The notes under the pieces were generated by a model. It was not told the DNA's origin. It did not search any database and saw nothing but the letters and a program-made list of their open reading frames with translations. From assembly GCA_000004695.1 (NCBI GenBank), contig CM000153.2:1920001-1984000 (forward strand): a stretch of 64,000 nt of DNA. The letters run 5' to 3'. Below, one piece after another: positions 41,587 through 56,887 of this stretch. The DNA comes from Dictyostelium discoideum (taxonomy: Eukaryota). The position numbers were made by a program, and so were the translations under genes. Positions within the stretch are counted from its first letter, which is position 1. Each line of letters starts with the position of its first letter.

Positions 41587-41686
41587 GGAGTTCAAAGTTT
41601 AGTTTGACCAAATTTTTGAATGAAAAAAATAAATTAATAAAAATAATATTTTAAGCCCAAACCACTTATTTTTTTTTTATTTTCTT

Positions 41687-41693
41687 ATTTATT

Positions 41694-41744
<51 letters not shown>

Positions 41745-41765
41745 TTCATTTATTTATTTATTTAT
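41687..41765. repeat. (ATTT)n minisatellite of about 19 units.
   Basis: tttatttatttattt... with one C substitution. Confidence 0.8.
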
Positions 41766-41984
41766 TTTTATAAAAAAAAAATAAAAAAAAAAAAAAAAAA
41801 AAATATCTTTGGGGTGCAAAAAAAAAAAAAAAAAAAAAAATATCTTTGAGGGTATTAAAAAAAAAAAAAAATAAAAAAAAAAATAAGTGAAATTTAATCA
41901 AATTTTAGAATAAACATAAAATAAACTAATATAATATTAAGTTAGAAACACTTATTATTCATTTATTTATTTGTTTTTTTTTTT

Positions 41985-42100
41985 GGAATTTGAATTTGGC
42001 TATGGGTTGGGAAAGATCATTTTTGTTGATTTTTTTTTTTTTTTAGAATTTGAATTTGGCTATGGGTTGGGAAAGATCATTTTTATTGATTTTTTTTTTT
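41985..42100. repeat. Direct tandem duplication (two units of about 58 bp) in the intergenic DNA about 300 bp upstream of the sterol-reductase gene.
   Basis: gaatttgaatttggctatgggttgggaaagatcattttt[g/a]ttgattttttt occurs twice back-to-back with one mismatch. Confidence 0.8.
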
Positions 42101-42128
42101 TTTTTAATTTTTAATTTTTTTTATTTTT

Positions 42129-42162
<34 letters not shown>

Positions 42163-42361
42163 ACTCGTTTTAATCACTCGACCAAAAAATTTTTTTTTTT
42201 TTTTTTTTTCTTTTTTTTCTTTTTCTTTCATTAAAAAAAAACATTACAATAATAATAATAATTTATATATATTTAAATTTGGATAAATAATTTTTATAAT
42301 TAACTTTCCAATATTTTATTTTTTTTATTATTAATATTATTTTTTTTTTTAACTCAACAAA

Positions 42362-43750
42362 ATGTCAGCAGTTAGAAATAGAAATAACGTTGAAAAGCAA
42401 TCAAACAATGGTGCTCAATTAACAGAAGTCCAAAAGAAAGAATTAGCCGACTTACAAAAAGTTCATCCAGCTAATGAATTCGGTGGTATTATTGGTACCT
42501 TCCTCTTAACTTTTATTCTCCCAGTTGTTGTCTATTGGATTTGGGCATCAATTGAATTCAACAATGGTTATCTCTTACGTCCAGAAACCCTTTCAGTCGA
42601 AGGTGTCAAAGCATTCTTGGCTCAACTCTACCACTATGTCATCACTTACGCCTACCCAACCAAAGAAGCAGCCATCATCTACTTCTCATGGTTTGGTTTC
42701 CAAGCATTCCTTCAACACGTTGTTCCAGGTCGTAAAGTTTTAGGTTCACCATTACCAGGTGGTGCTCGTCTCGAATACACCCTCAATGGTTGGGCTTCAT
42801 GGTGGATCACACTCATTGTCATCCCAATTGCCATCTATTTCGGTCTCTTCAAAGCCACCATCCTCATTGACAACTACGCCCCAATGATGACCGTCGTCAA
42901 CATTTGGTCCTTTGTTTTCACTTTCCTCTTAAAAATCCACGCCAAATTAAAGGGTGAAGAAGAACGTATGTCAGGTCACTTCTTTTACGATTTCTGGATG
43001 GGTTTTGCTCGTAATCCACGTATCGGTTCATTCGATCTCAAACTTTTCTGTGAAGCTCGTCCAGGTCTCATCCTTTGGGTTTTAATGAATTTCTCAATTG
43101 CTGCCAAACAACTCGAAGTCTACGGTGAAATTTCACTCTCTGTCATCTTGGTTTGTTGTTTCCACTTCTGGTACATTGCCGATTACTATTATCACGAAGA
43201 AGCCATCCTTACCACTATGGATATCATCACTGAAAAATTCGGTTACATGTTAGTTTATGGTGATTTATCATGGGTCCCATTCACCTATTGTTTCCAATGT
43301 TACTACCTCTACAAACATTTAGTCAACGGTGCTCCATTACACATCTCTATTGGTTACGCCATCTTTGTTGTCTCTTTGAAATGTTTCGGTTTCTATCTCT
43401 TCCGTTGGGTTAACTCACAAAAACACGATTTCCGTCGTAATCCAGAAGCTCCAGTTTGGGGTAAACCAGCTGAATTCATCCTCACCAAACGTGGTACTAA
43501 ATTATTATGCTCTGGTTTCTGGGGTATTTGCCGTCATCTTAACTACACTGGTGATATTATCTTATCATGGGCTTGGTGTCTTCCATGTCAATTCGATTCA
43601 CTTGCTCCATACTTTTATGGTATTTACTTTACTTCATTAGATCTCCACCGTTGTTGGAGAGATCATAATGCTTGTTTAGTTAAATATGGTGATGATTGGA
43701 GAGCTTATTGTAAACGTGTTCCATACAATTTCATTCCAGGTTTAATTTAA
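42362..43750 (+). CDS. Sterol reductase family protein (ERG4/ERG24 / 7-dehydrocholesterol reductase / delta14-reductase type), 462 aa, single exon.
   Basis: Multi-pass transmembrane protein. C-terminal family signature: LLCSGFWGICRHLNYTGDIILSWAWCLPCQF...LDLHRCWRDHNACLVKYGDDWRAYCKRVPYNFIPGLI. Its codon usage is much less AT-skewed than its neighbours, which suggests a highly expressed gene. Confidence 0.8.
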   Translation: MSAVRNRNNVEKQSNNGAQLTEVQKKELADLQKVHPANEFGGIIGTFLLTFILPVVVYWIWASIEFNNGYLLRPETLSVEGVKAFLAQLYHYVITYAYPTKEAAIIYFSWFGFQAFLQHVVPGRKVLGSPLPGGARLEYTLNGWASWWITLIVIPIAIYFGLFKATILIDNYAPMMTVVNIWSFVFTFLLKIHAKLKGEEERMSGHFFYDFWMGFARNPRIGSFDLKLFCEARPGLILWVLMNFSIAAKQLEVYGEISLSVILVCCFHFWYIADYYYHEEAILTTMDIITEKFGYMLVYGDLSWVPFTYCFQCYYLYKHLVNGAPLHISIGYAIFVVSLKCFGFYLFRWVNSQKHDFRRNPEAPVWGKPAEFILTKRGTKLLCSGFWGICRHLNYTGDIILSWAWCLPCQFDSLAPYFYGIYFTSLDLHRCWRDHNACLVKYGDDWRAYCKRVPYNFIPGLI

Positions 43751-43780
43751 ATAAATAATTTTTAAACTTTTAAATATTTA

Positions 43781-43819
<39 letters not shown>

Positions 43820-43939
43820 ATTATTATTATTATATTTATTTTATTTTATTTTTTTGTTAAATTTATATATTTTTAAAATCAACTAACAAAAAAAAAAAAA
43901 AAAAAAAAAGTGATTTATTAAATCTTTTTATTCATTTTT

Positions 43940-43976
<37 letters not shown>

Positions 43977-44241
43977 TATTTTACTCATATGATTAAGTTT
44001 TAAATTAAGAATTAAATTTGGATTTAAATAATCCTACAAGATAATAGGAATAATTAATTTGGCACATTTCCAGGTTTTTTATTTAAAAAAAAAAAAAATA
44101 AAAAAAAAAAAAAAAAAAGAAAAATAAAAGAAAAAAGAAAAAAAAAAGAAAAAAAAAATAATTTCAAATACTCTGAAAATTAATTAAAAATTTTATAAAT
44201 TTTATTTTTTAAAATAAACAAATAGATATAAATAAATAAAA

Positions 44242-44311
44242 ATGAATAGAGAATTAAAAGCAGTTGATGTTTTGGAGTGTATCCCAAATAATAAATTATT
44301 TGCAAGTATGT

Positions 44312-44347
<36 letters not shown>

Positions 44348-44945
44348 CATAAATCTATATTAATATTTTTATTTTTATTTTTTTTTAATTTTATTCTTTT
44401 TAATTTTATTAGTAACAATTGATGATGTATTTACAGAAGAAGAATGTAAAGAATGGATTGATTTAACAGAAAAAACAGGTTATGAACCAGCGTTAGTAAA
44501 TATTGGATATGGACAACAACAATTAATGACAGATATTAGAAATAATGATAGATGTATTATTGATAGTGTAGAAATGGCAGATAAAATTTATCAGAGGGTA
44601 AAAAAATTTATTCCTCATACGTTTAATCAGAAATGGGAAGTTGTATCATTAAATGAGAGATTAAGATTTTTAAGATATTATGTTGGTCAAGAATTTAAAA
44701 AACATCAAGATGGTAATTATAAACGTAATAATGGTGAAACCTCTTTCATTACGTTGCAGCTTTATTTAAATAATGTGGAAGAGGGAGGTTCAACAAAATT
44801 CTTTTTAAAATCTGGCCAGAATGAAATTGAAATTATTCCAAAACCTGGAAAAGTTTTACTATTCCAACATAATATTTGGCACCAAGGTTCTCCTGTCACA
44901 AAAGGTGTAAAATATGTTATTAGAACTGATGTTATGTATGATTAA
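44242..44945 (+). CDS. 2-oxoglutarate/Fe(II)-dependent oxygenase (prolyl-4-hydroxylase-like), about 198 aa. Two exons: 44242..44305 and 44413..44945.
   Basis: H-x-D...H facial triad: FKKHQDG ... LLFQHNIWHQGSPVTKG. Double-stranded beta-helix blocks: TLQLYLNNVEEGGSTKF. The first exon (MNRELKAVDVLECIPNNKLFA) uses donor GTATGT at 44306 and acceptor AG at 44411-12, phase 1+2. Confidence 0.65.
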
Positions 44946-45078
44946 AATTTTATTTTTAATAATTTATTTTATTTGAATAGTTTAAATAAATAATTTAATT
45001 ATTTAATTTAAATAGTTTAAATATAAAAATAAAAAAAATAAAAAACCTCCTACAAAATTTCACCCCCAAACATTTCAG

Positions 45079-45135
<57 letters not shown>

Positions 45136-45234
45136 CTTCAAAATTTTTATTTGGTTTTTTTTTTTTTTTTTAAATGAAAAATATTGAATTGTTTGAAAAA
45201 AAAAAAAAAAAAGAATAATAAAAAAAAAAAAACG

Positions 45235-46523
45235 ATGTATCAGGGAAAAGGAACTTATTTAGAAAATTATTTGGATTGTATGTACATTTAAAACATATCA
45301 ATATTTAATATTATTTTAAACTACCATAATGGTAGTATTGAACACTTTTTAACTCTTTTTTTTTTTTTTTTCACACAATTTTTTTTTTTTCAAAAACTTC
45401 CCCAACCTGCTTTTTTTTTTTTTTAATTTTATTTTTTTAATTTTATTTTTTTAATTTTATTTTTTTAATTTTATTTTTTTAATTTTATTTTTTTAATTTT
45501 TTTTTTTTTTTTTTAAAATTGGGGATAAAATGAAAATATCTTAGCAATTTCAACATTGCCATCAGAATTGGGTAGAAATTTCGCATTAATCAGAGAATTA
45601 GATTATAGAACATCAGATTTAGTTGAAAAAATAGAAAAATTAAAATCCAATTTATTGGTTACAACAAATGGAACAAGAAGAGCAGTACATGAATTAACAG
45701 ATGAAAGAGCATCAAAACATATTAAATTAGAGATGAAACAAGTGATTGAATACTCTGATGAAAAGGTAGAATTATCAAATCAAACCTATGAACTCATAGA
45801 TAAACATATTAGAAAATTAGATATAGATTTAAAAAAGTTTGAAACTGAATTAGAAAGTGCAGAAGAAGAGAAAAAGAAAAAGAAATCAAAACAATCACAG
45901 AATAATAGTACTGTAGAATCATCAACTACATCATCATCATCATCATCCTCCTCCTCCTCATTATCATTATCATCATCAACTAATAACACATCATCATTGA
46001 ATTCAAGTAGTGGCGGTGGCGGTGGTGGAAGTGGCGGTGGCGGTGGTGGAGGAGGACATTCAAGCCACTCAACAGGTAATAAAAAAGGTAAAGCTAGAGA
46101 TTCACTAACTAGTTCTTCATCAAGTGGAAACATAAATGGTATGTCGTCATCTTCATCGTCGTCATCTTCATCATCATCTTTGTCAAGTAGAAAACAAAAA
46201 TCAATGGCAGCACAAGATATAGCTTCTATCACTGGAAATAATGGTGACGCAGATGTGAGAGTTTTCAATGCAAATCCAAATGATTTAGATTTAGCAATTG
46301 ATCCAAATGAACCAACCTATTGCTTTTGTAATAGAGTTTCTTTTGGTGAAATGGTTGGTTGTGAAAATCCTGATTGTAAAATTGAATGGTTTCATTTTGA
46401 ATGTGTTGGTTTAACTTCAACACCAAAAGGAAAATGGTATTGCCCTGACGTAAGTATTATTTTAAATATTAAATATTTCATTTATTAATTTTAGAAATAT
46501 AAAAATTTAAAACTAATATCTCA

Positions 46524-46577
<54 letters not shown>

Positions 46578-46608
46578 AAAGTGTACAAGAATAAAAGTAA
46601 AAAAATAA
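45235..46608 (+). CDS. ING (inhibitor of growth) family PHD-finger protein, about 324 aa. Exons: 45235..45277, 45545..46449, 46582..46608.
   Basis: The N-terminus after splicing is [37 protein letters not shown], which matches the ING N-terminal (LZL/NCR) pattern YLEDYLDSIE.LP.ELQRNF.LMRELD. The C-terminal PHD is [47 protein letters not shown]. Its last zinc-ligand Cys is supplied by a 27-nt terminal exon (CTRIKVKK*) after donor GTAAGT (46450) and acceptor AG (46580-81), which completes the CPDC pair. The 5' exon uses donor GTATGT at 45278 and acceptor AG at 45543-44, phase 1+2. Confidence 0.75.
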
Positions 46609-47000
46609 ATATTTGTAAATATATAAAAAAATCTTTATTTATTATTATTTTTTTTTTTATAATAATAATAAATAAAAATATTATTATAATAATATTTTTA
46701 TTTAATTTTTTTTATTATTAGAATTGATCAATTATCTAAATTTGGATAAATTGGAAAAAAAAACCCTTTGGATGACTTATGGGGAAATATATATTTTTTT
46801 TTTTTGGTTTTGATAAAATTATTTCTTAATTTAGAAATTTTTAAAATCATAAAAAAAATATATTTAAAAATTTAATAAAAAAAGTATTTAAAGAGTTGAT
46901 TTTTTTCTTTTTTTTTTTTTTCATAGTTTGTTTTTTTTAATAATAATAATAATAATAAAATAAATTATACAAATACAAGATTCAAAAAAGAAATAGTAAA

Positions 47001-47573
47001 ATGAAAATTTTTAATTTTTTAGACAAAAGTAATTATTTAATTATTTTTTTATTTTTTAATTATTTTTTTTTTTTTTGAAGATTATAAAATTTATTAATTT
47101 ATTTATTTATTTATTTAGGTGAAAATCAATTTAAAAATACAATTGAAAATAATACAATTGTAAAATCAATTGGATTTGATATAAATCAAATCAATGCAAC
47201 AGTTAATTCAATGGTTAACAAGGGTAGTAATCATGTTTTATTGGTAAAATGGGACATTGAAGGAATTAAAATTAGATTGGATGAAAATGATCAAAAAAGA
47301 AATAGTATTGAAACTTTGAGGGCCTCTGTTACAAATTTCATTTCAACTCATTCCGGAAAAGATGTTGGTGAAAGTGGTGAATCAGTTTACTCTTTCCATT
47401 CACACAAGGATATGATGGACTGTTTGTTACGTTTGAAGCGTGAATATGGTTGGTTATGTTTCTCCGATCGTGCTGAACATGGCATTCGTCATCCAGTTGT
47501 TCATTGGGTTGGAATAATGAAAATGGAAAATAGCCATGAAATTTTTGACATGACCGATTTCAACTATTATTAA
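47001..47573 (+). CDS. Hypothetical protein of unknown family. Probably two exons: 47001..47028 and 47119..47573.
   Basis: The 120-aa ORF at 47211 extends in frame upstream to an AG acceptor at 47117-18. A 28-nt exon (MKIFNFLDK) with a GTAATT donor at 47029 joins it in a consistent phase (1+2). I recognised no family motif, and the 5' exon is inferred from splice logic alone. Confidence 0.3.
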
Positions 47574-48065
47574 ACTATGTATACTTTATAAATGGAATAC
47601 ATAAAATAAAAATTAAAAGTAGAATAAAGTTATGTTTTTAAATTCCTTTTATAATTTTGTTTTTTTACACTTTTACTTTTTTTTTTTTTTTTTTTTTCTC
47701 TTTTTTTCTTTTTTTTTTAATTTTTTTTTTTTAATTTTTTTTAATTTTTTTTAATTTTTATTTAATTTTTTTTATAATTTTTTTTTTTTAAATTAAAAAT
47801 TTTCAACTTCACTTTTTTTTTTTTTTATTATTTTCATCACTTTTTGTTTTTTTTTTTCCCATATTATTTTTTTATTTTATTTATTTAATTTCACAACAAA
47901 TTCATTCATTTTTTATTTTTTTTTCAAATTTATATATTTATATTTTCATTTTTTTTTTTTTTCATTTTTTTTTTATCTATTGTTTATTAATAAATTGTAT
48001 TTGTAAATAGTTTTTTTTTTTATTTTTTTTTTATTTAAATATATAAACATAAATAAAATTAAAAA

Positions 48066-49603
<1,538 letters not shown>

Positions 49604-49929
49604 AAAAAAAAAAAAAATAATAATAAAAAATAAAAATTATAACAATAGTAATAAAACCTTTTAAATAATAATAATAATAAATTTTAAATAAATAAATAAA
49701 AAATAAAATAAATGTATTAAAGTTAAATTTCTATGTATTTTTTTTTTTATTTTTTTTTTTAAAAATCTATTTTTTAAAAAATTATATATTCCCTGTTTTT
49801 CAAAATAAAAAAACAATCAATAATTAAATTGTAAAAATAAACTTTTTTTGATTTAAAAAAAAAAAAGAATGATGATAGGATCCATATCAACCAATCTTTT
49901 TGAAAATGCACCATTTAAATAAAATTTAT

Positions 49930-49968
<39 letters not shown>

Positions 49969-50881
49969 CATTTTTGGCAATTAATTGTTTTTAATATTAA
50001 TCTAGTATAGATACAGAATCAAATCAATACCCAATCAGGGCGGAACCATTCCAAATAATGAGCTGTCAGGTTCAACACCAAAGATTATTTTTTGTTGGAT
50101 AGTCAATATTCAAATATCGTTTATCTTGTCTCAGCAGAATTGGATATCCGATATTGCCCTAATCTTTTTAATGATAAAAAATGGTCATAATTTGTATTCT
50201 ATATATTGACAACATATTATTAGAGAGATTGGTTAAATATACCTCAATCGTGTTCAAATACAACCATAGAAATGGTTTTGTCACTTGTGATTTCACTACT
50301 TAAAAACTAAATGTTGTTGGATATAAATTTTATTTGACTGCTTAATCAAATTTAAAATAAAAATAAAAATAAAATAAACGTTTTTGAATCCACTTTAGAA
50401 TTATCTTTTTTATTCTTTTTTATTTTCAATATTATTTATCTTTTTTATTTTATTTTGTTTTATTTTATTTTCTTTTTTCTTTTTTACATTTCTTTAATCT
50501 ATTTTAATTAATTGGCAAAGATGTTGCTATGGGAAAAAATTATTGAGGCTGCCAAATTGTTTTTTTTATGACAACCAAATTTGTATGGGAAAAATTCGGC
50601 AGACCTTCTTTTTTACGCTATCATGATTTTTTATTGGTAATAAAAAAATTTGTATGGGAAAAAATTATTGAGGCTGCCGAATTTCCAATTTTTTTTTATT
50701 TTTTTTTTTTTAATTTTCATTCCATTTTTATTTTTAGTTTTATTTTTTTTAATTACAAATTTGAATTTTAATTTTTAAATAATTATGGCACATCAAAAAA
50801 AAAAAAAATTAATTCTCAACCATGGTACAACAAAATAAAAAATTAAAGTCTCAACAAAACAATTTTAAAATAATAACTTTT

Positions 50882-50924
<43 letters not shown>

Positions 50925-51074
50925 AAATTTAAAACATTCATATTTTTATATTTTTTAGGGCTACATTATTTATTTATTAATTAATCTATACTAAATTCTT
51001 AATAAAAATAAATAAAATTTAATAATTCTTATAAATAAAATAAAATAAAAAAAAATAAAATAAAAATGAAAATA

Positions 51075-51118
<44 letters not shown>

Positions 51119-51160
51119 TATTTTTTTTTATTTTTATTTTTTTCACAAAATAAATAACTA

Positions 51161-51620
51161 ATGTCATTAGAATTTTATAAACAAATATTTGAAGATTGTT
51201 TAAATGATGATGGATTAGTTGTAATGGGTAGTGGATTAGGAATCCATAATATAATATTAGGATTTTTAAAGTTTTATTCAGATACAGATGATTTGGTATT
51301 GTTTTTAGATTGTCAATCCAATGAATCACTTCAAAATTCATACCTCTTTTATCATGAACGTTTATTAAATTTTGGTATCAAATATTCAAATTTACCAACA
51401 ATGGTAAATGTAGAAACTGTTTCAAGTTCAACAAAAACAAATATGTATTCAAAAGGTGGTGTTTATTTTGGTGCCTCTTCAATATTTGTTTTAGATTATC
51501 TTACAAAAAGAATGCCTTGTAATTTAGTTTCTGGTATTATCATTCAAAATGCTCATCGTATAACTGATACTTCAATAGAATATTTATTAATTAAATTATT
51601 TAGACAAAATAATAAAGTAA

Positions 51621-51660
<40 letters not shown>

Positions 51661-54139
51661 GTTATTAATTTTAAAATAAAAAAAAAAAAAAAAAAAAAAG
51701 AAAGGATTTATTAAAGCATTTACAACAGAACCAAGTTTATTAGTTGATGAAATTGGTAAATTACAAAGAACTATGAAGTATTTACATTTAAAGAAATTAT
51801 TTTTATGGCCAAGATTTCATCAACATATATCATTGATTTTAGATAAACATCCACCAGATTTAGTTGAATTATCAATTGGTATGACAAATTCAATGAAAAG
51901 AATCGAAGAATCATTACATTTAAATACACAACGTTGTATATCATCATTGATTGCAATTAATAAATTACCAAGATTAAATGGTGGAAATGGTGGCAATGAC
52001 TCAGATTCATTTGAACAGATTTTAAAACAACAATTAAAACCAATGTGGTCAAAATTAAATTTACATTCAAAACAATTAGTATCAAGTATAAAACTATTGA
52101 ATCAATTAAAGAATAATCTATTAGTTTATGATTGTGTTACATTTTATAGTTTATTACTTTATATTCAAGCATCTTCAGATTCATTAAAGGAAGGTTTACA
52201 TACAAATTCAAACTATGTTGATGAAGTTCAACCTTGGTTAGAATCAAAAGAAGCTCAAAATTTATTTTCTGCTTCTCAAGAAAGAGTTTATAGATTTAAA
52301 AAATTAAATAGTTTAAAAAGTCCACCAAAAAAATTAAAAACTATAAATAATGATAGTAGTAGCAGTAGTAGTAGTAGTAATCTTGAAAAAATATTAACAT
52401 TAGAAGATAACCCAAAATGGAATGTGCTATATCAAATATTACAAGAAATTGAGGAGGATAAAGAAAAACAAGGTACAATTTTAATATTTGTAAAAGATGA
52501 AACAACAGTTAATCAACTTAGTACATATTTGGATTATGGTGGTTATAGTTTTTTATTAGGAAAATATGAAAAATTATGTAGTAATCAACAATATTTAGAT
52601 GAACTTAGAAAAAAAAAAGAAGAAAATAATAATAATAATAATAGTAATAATAATAATAACAATAATAATAACAATAATAATAATAATAGTGTTAAATCTT
52701 TATCATCTAATGATAATGGTGGTTATTCAAGATATCGTAGAACAAAGAATTTTAAAGATAATAGAAAACAACAAATTATTGAAACATCTAAAAAGAAAAA
52801 AGGTAAAGGTGGTACAAATGATCAAAATTTATTTAATATGGGTATACAATTAGTTGATGGTCATAATAAATTAAATATACCAAATCCTAAATTTATAAAT
52901 CAAGATGGAAGTGGTGGTGGTGGTGATAATGGTGATGAAAATAATAATAACAATAATAATTTAAATATTAATGATGGATTAACAATTGCATCAATGAATG
53001 AAGAAATTAATGGATTAAATGATTTTTATGAATTATTATCACCACCTTATATTGTAATACATCCAATTAGTAAATCGTTAACGATTTTAGATGAAATTAG
53101 ACCAACTTTTATAATTGTTTATGATCCAGATATTTCAATCACTAGACAAATCGAAGTTTATAAAGCAGAGAATCCAGGCACACCAGTTAGATTATATTTT
53201 ATGACATATTCAGATTCATCGGAAGAGTATCAATATATTTCAAAATTACAAAGAGAGAAATCTTCATTTGAAAAATTAATTAGAGAGAAAACAAATTTAA
53301 TCATTGATACTGAACAAGAAGGTAAGATTCAATTGGTTGATAATAGTAAGTTAGAGTTATTGGATGATATGAAATCAACACGTAATTCAAGATTGGGTGG
53401 TTTAATGAAAAACTTTGATTCAATACAACAACAACAACAACAACAACAACAAAAAAAGACTATAATTATTGATAGTCATGAATTTAAATCAAGTTTACCT
53501 GTGGTTTTACATAATAATGGTTATGAAATTATACCATTACGTTTGGAAGTTGGCGATTTCGTTTTATCACCAATACATTGTATAGAAAGAAAATCAGTTT
53601 CAGATTTAATTGGTTCATTCAATTCTGGTCGTTTATTCACCCAAATCGAAGCAATGAATCGTATCTATAAAAATCCAATACTATTAATTGAATTTGATCC
53701 AAATCAACCATTTTATTTAGTTGCACCAGATGAATTACAAAAGGATTATTTATCACCTTTTTCACTACCAAGTAAATTGGTATTCCTTACTAAAACATTT
53801 CCAAGATTACGTGTTATTTGGTCAAGAAGTTATTATTGTACAACTAAAATTTATGATCAAATTAAAGATGGTTATCCTGAACCTGATCCTTCAATGGTAA
53901 ATGTAATACCAGAGGTTAACGATGATCAGAATTATAATTTCAATGCTCAAGATGTACTTCGTACAATGCCTGGTGTAAATGATAAAAACATTAATTTAAT
54001 TATGGATAATGTTGATGATCTTTATCATCTTTCAAAATTATCATTATCAGAATTTTCAACAATTATGAATGATTCAGTAAATAATAATAAGAATGCAACA
54101 TTGTTATTTAATTTCTTTAATAATCAATTAAATCAATAA
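51161..54139 (+). CDS. ercc4: DNA repair endonuclease XPF (ERCC4/Rad1 orthologue), about 964 aa. Two exons: 51161..51616 and 51701..54139.
   Basis: The N-terminal helicase-like block MSLEFYKQIFEDCLNDDGLVVMGSGLGIHNII...VLFLD parallels human XPF [30 protein letters not shown]...LVLVLN. The junction at exon 1/2, ...LFRQNNK|GFIKAFT, matches human LFRQKNKRGFIKAFT. The C-terminal ERCC4 nuclease domain is canonical: IIIDSHEFKSSLPVVLHNNGYEIIPLRLEVGDFVLSPIHCIERKSVSDLIGSFNSGRLFTQIEAMNRIYKNPILLIEFD. The helix-hairpin-helix tail is DVLRTMPGVNDKNINLIMDNVDDLYHLSKLSLSEFSTIM. Donor GTAAAT at 51617, acceptor AG at 51699-700, phase 0. Confidence 0.9.
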
Positions 54140-54148
54140 TAATAATTA

Positions 54149-54184
<36 letters not shown>

Positions 54185-54365
54185 TCTAAAAATAATAATC
54201 CAAAAATAATTTTTGTTTTATTTTAAATTTCCCAAAAAAAAAAAAATATTTTGCACAATAAAAATAAAATTTCTTTTTTAACTTTTCATTTTTTCATTTT
54301 ATTTTTTTTTTTTTTTTTTCTTTTATAAAATAAAAATATAAACCATATACAATTACATTTAGAGA

Positions 54366-55576
54366 ATGTCATTTAATGAAATTACATTTAATGACTTATC
54401 AAATACAATTTATAATGTTTTAAATAAATATAAAAATGAATTAGAAAATAGTGATTCAACCAAAAACAATAGTGATGAAGTTGGTTTAATTTTATCAAAT
54501 AAAAATACTTTAATGAAATTATTAGAAGAGGATGATATAAATGAAAATGATACTTTTTTTATTGAGGACCCAAGTGTATGTATTTCATTTTATTTTTTTT
54601 TAATGCATTCATTCCTTTACTACCATTATTTATACTAACAACAATAATACACATCGTCATTATTGTATTACAATATTTAAAGTGTAAAGATATATTTAAC
54701 TATAAAAATGCATCTTTTTTTTATGAACAATTAAAAAGTGGTAATTTTTATTATCCACCTAAACCTCATCATAAACATATATCATTAGTATTAATGGCAT
54801 GGGCTTCAATTTCTAAATTCCCAATTCAATTCAATCCACTATATGGTTTACGTGAAGTTGTTAAAAGTGAACAAGAAAAAGATAATATTACATTTATAAA
54901 AAATGATAATAATAATAATAGTAATAATAATAATGTAGAACAAAAAGAACAAGAACAAGAACAAGAACAAAAAGAACAAGAAAAAGAAGAAGAAAAAGAA
55001 GATACTCAAAAAGTTGAAATGAAATATTTTGAAAATTTGAATGAAAAAGTTGTATTATTTTTAAATGAAAATTGGAACAATAACGAAAAGATTATGGAAA
55101 ATGAAGAAAAAAAGAATCAATTTATATTTGAATTTTTTAAAAATCTTTCAAATAGAAATTTATTAACAATGTTTGGTATTAGAAAAACCAAATTATCATT
55201 GGATACAATATTATTACCAGGACCAATTCAATTAATAAAGAGTAGTAATTTATTACATTCACCACCACCTGCAACTAGTAAATTAACAGTATCATCAAGA
55301 GCATTATCAAAACATGGTATTCGTTCAAAAGATTCTTTTTGGGGATCTGATAAAGGTCCTGAATTGGTAAAGAATAAACGTTCAGAGGCTGTTTTAATTA
55401 AAATTCTAAAAGAACCAACTTGGATCAACATTCATTTATTACCTCATGATATTAAAATATTAGAAATTAGAAATCAACAAGGTTATGGTTTAAGATGGAC
55501 TGCTGATGGATGTTTTTTTAGGGGTTTCTTAGAACCTCAAATGGAAGGTGGTCATGAAATTGGTTGGAGACATTAA
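54366..55576 (+). CDS. Hypothetical protein of about 367 aa with a conserved-looking C-terminal region. Two exons: 54366..54575 and 54683..55576.
   Basis: Donor GTATGT at 54576, acceptor AG at 54681-82, phase 0. The C-terminal 130 aa are not low complexity (LLPGPIQLIKSSNLLHSPPPATSKLTVSSRALSKHGIRSKDSFWGSDKGPELVKNKRSEAVLIKILKEPTWINIHLLPHDIKILEIRNQQGYGLRWTADGCFFRGFLEPQMEGGHEIGWRH). I could not assign a family from memory. Confidence 0.45.
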
Positions 55577-55692
55577 TCAATTTATACTACAACTACAATC
55601 CTTTTTTTTTTTAAAAAAAAAAATATACAATTTTATTTACATTGACTACATTATCGCAATCATTAATATTATTATTATTATTATTATAAATA

Positions 55693-56749
<1,057 letters not shown>

Positions 56750-56800
56750 TTAAAAAATGAAAAAAATGAAAAAAAGTAAACACATCCGTTGAACATTACA

Positions 56801-56831
<31 letters not shown>

Positions 56832-56887
56832 ATAAAATTTGTCCTATGAACATTTTGTTTTATTTATAGCTAACACTCATAAATATA

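Noticed and set aside
40736-41611. Poly-Phe/Lys ORFs in the 2.6-kb spacer upstream of the sterol reductase gene
   Set aside because: Low-complexity A/T runs and overlapping frames.
45786-46268. Minus-strand 160-aa acidic/Pro-rich ORF
   Set aside because: Antisense to the Ser/Gly-rich linker of the ING gene.
50991-51341. Minus-strand 116-aa ORF overlapping the start of the XPF gene
   Set aside because: Antisense to XPF exon 1 and its A-rich 5' flank. I/K/F-rich.
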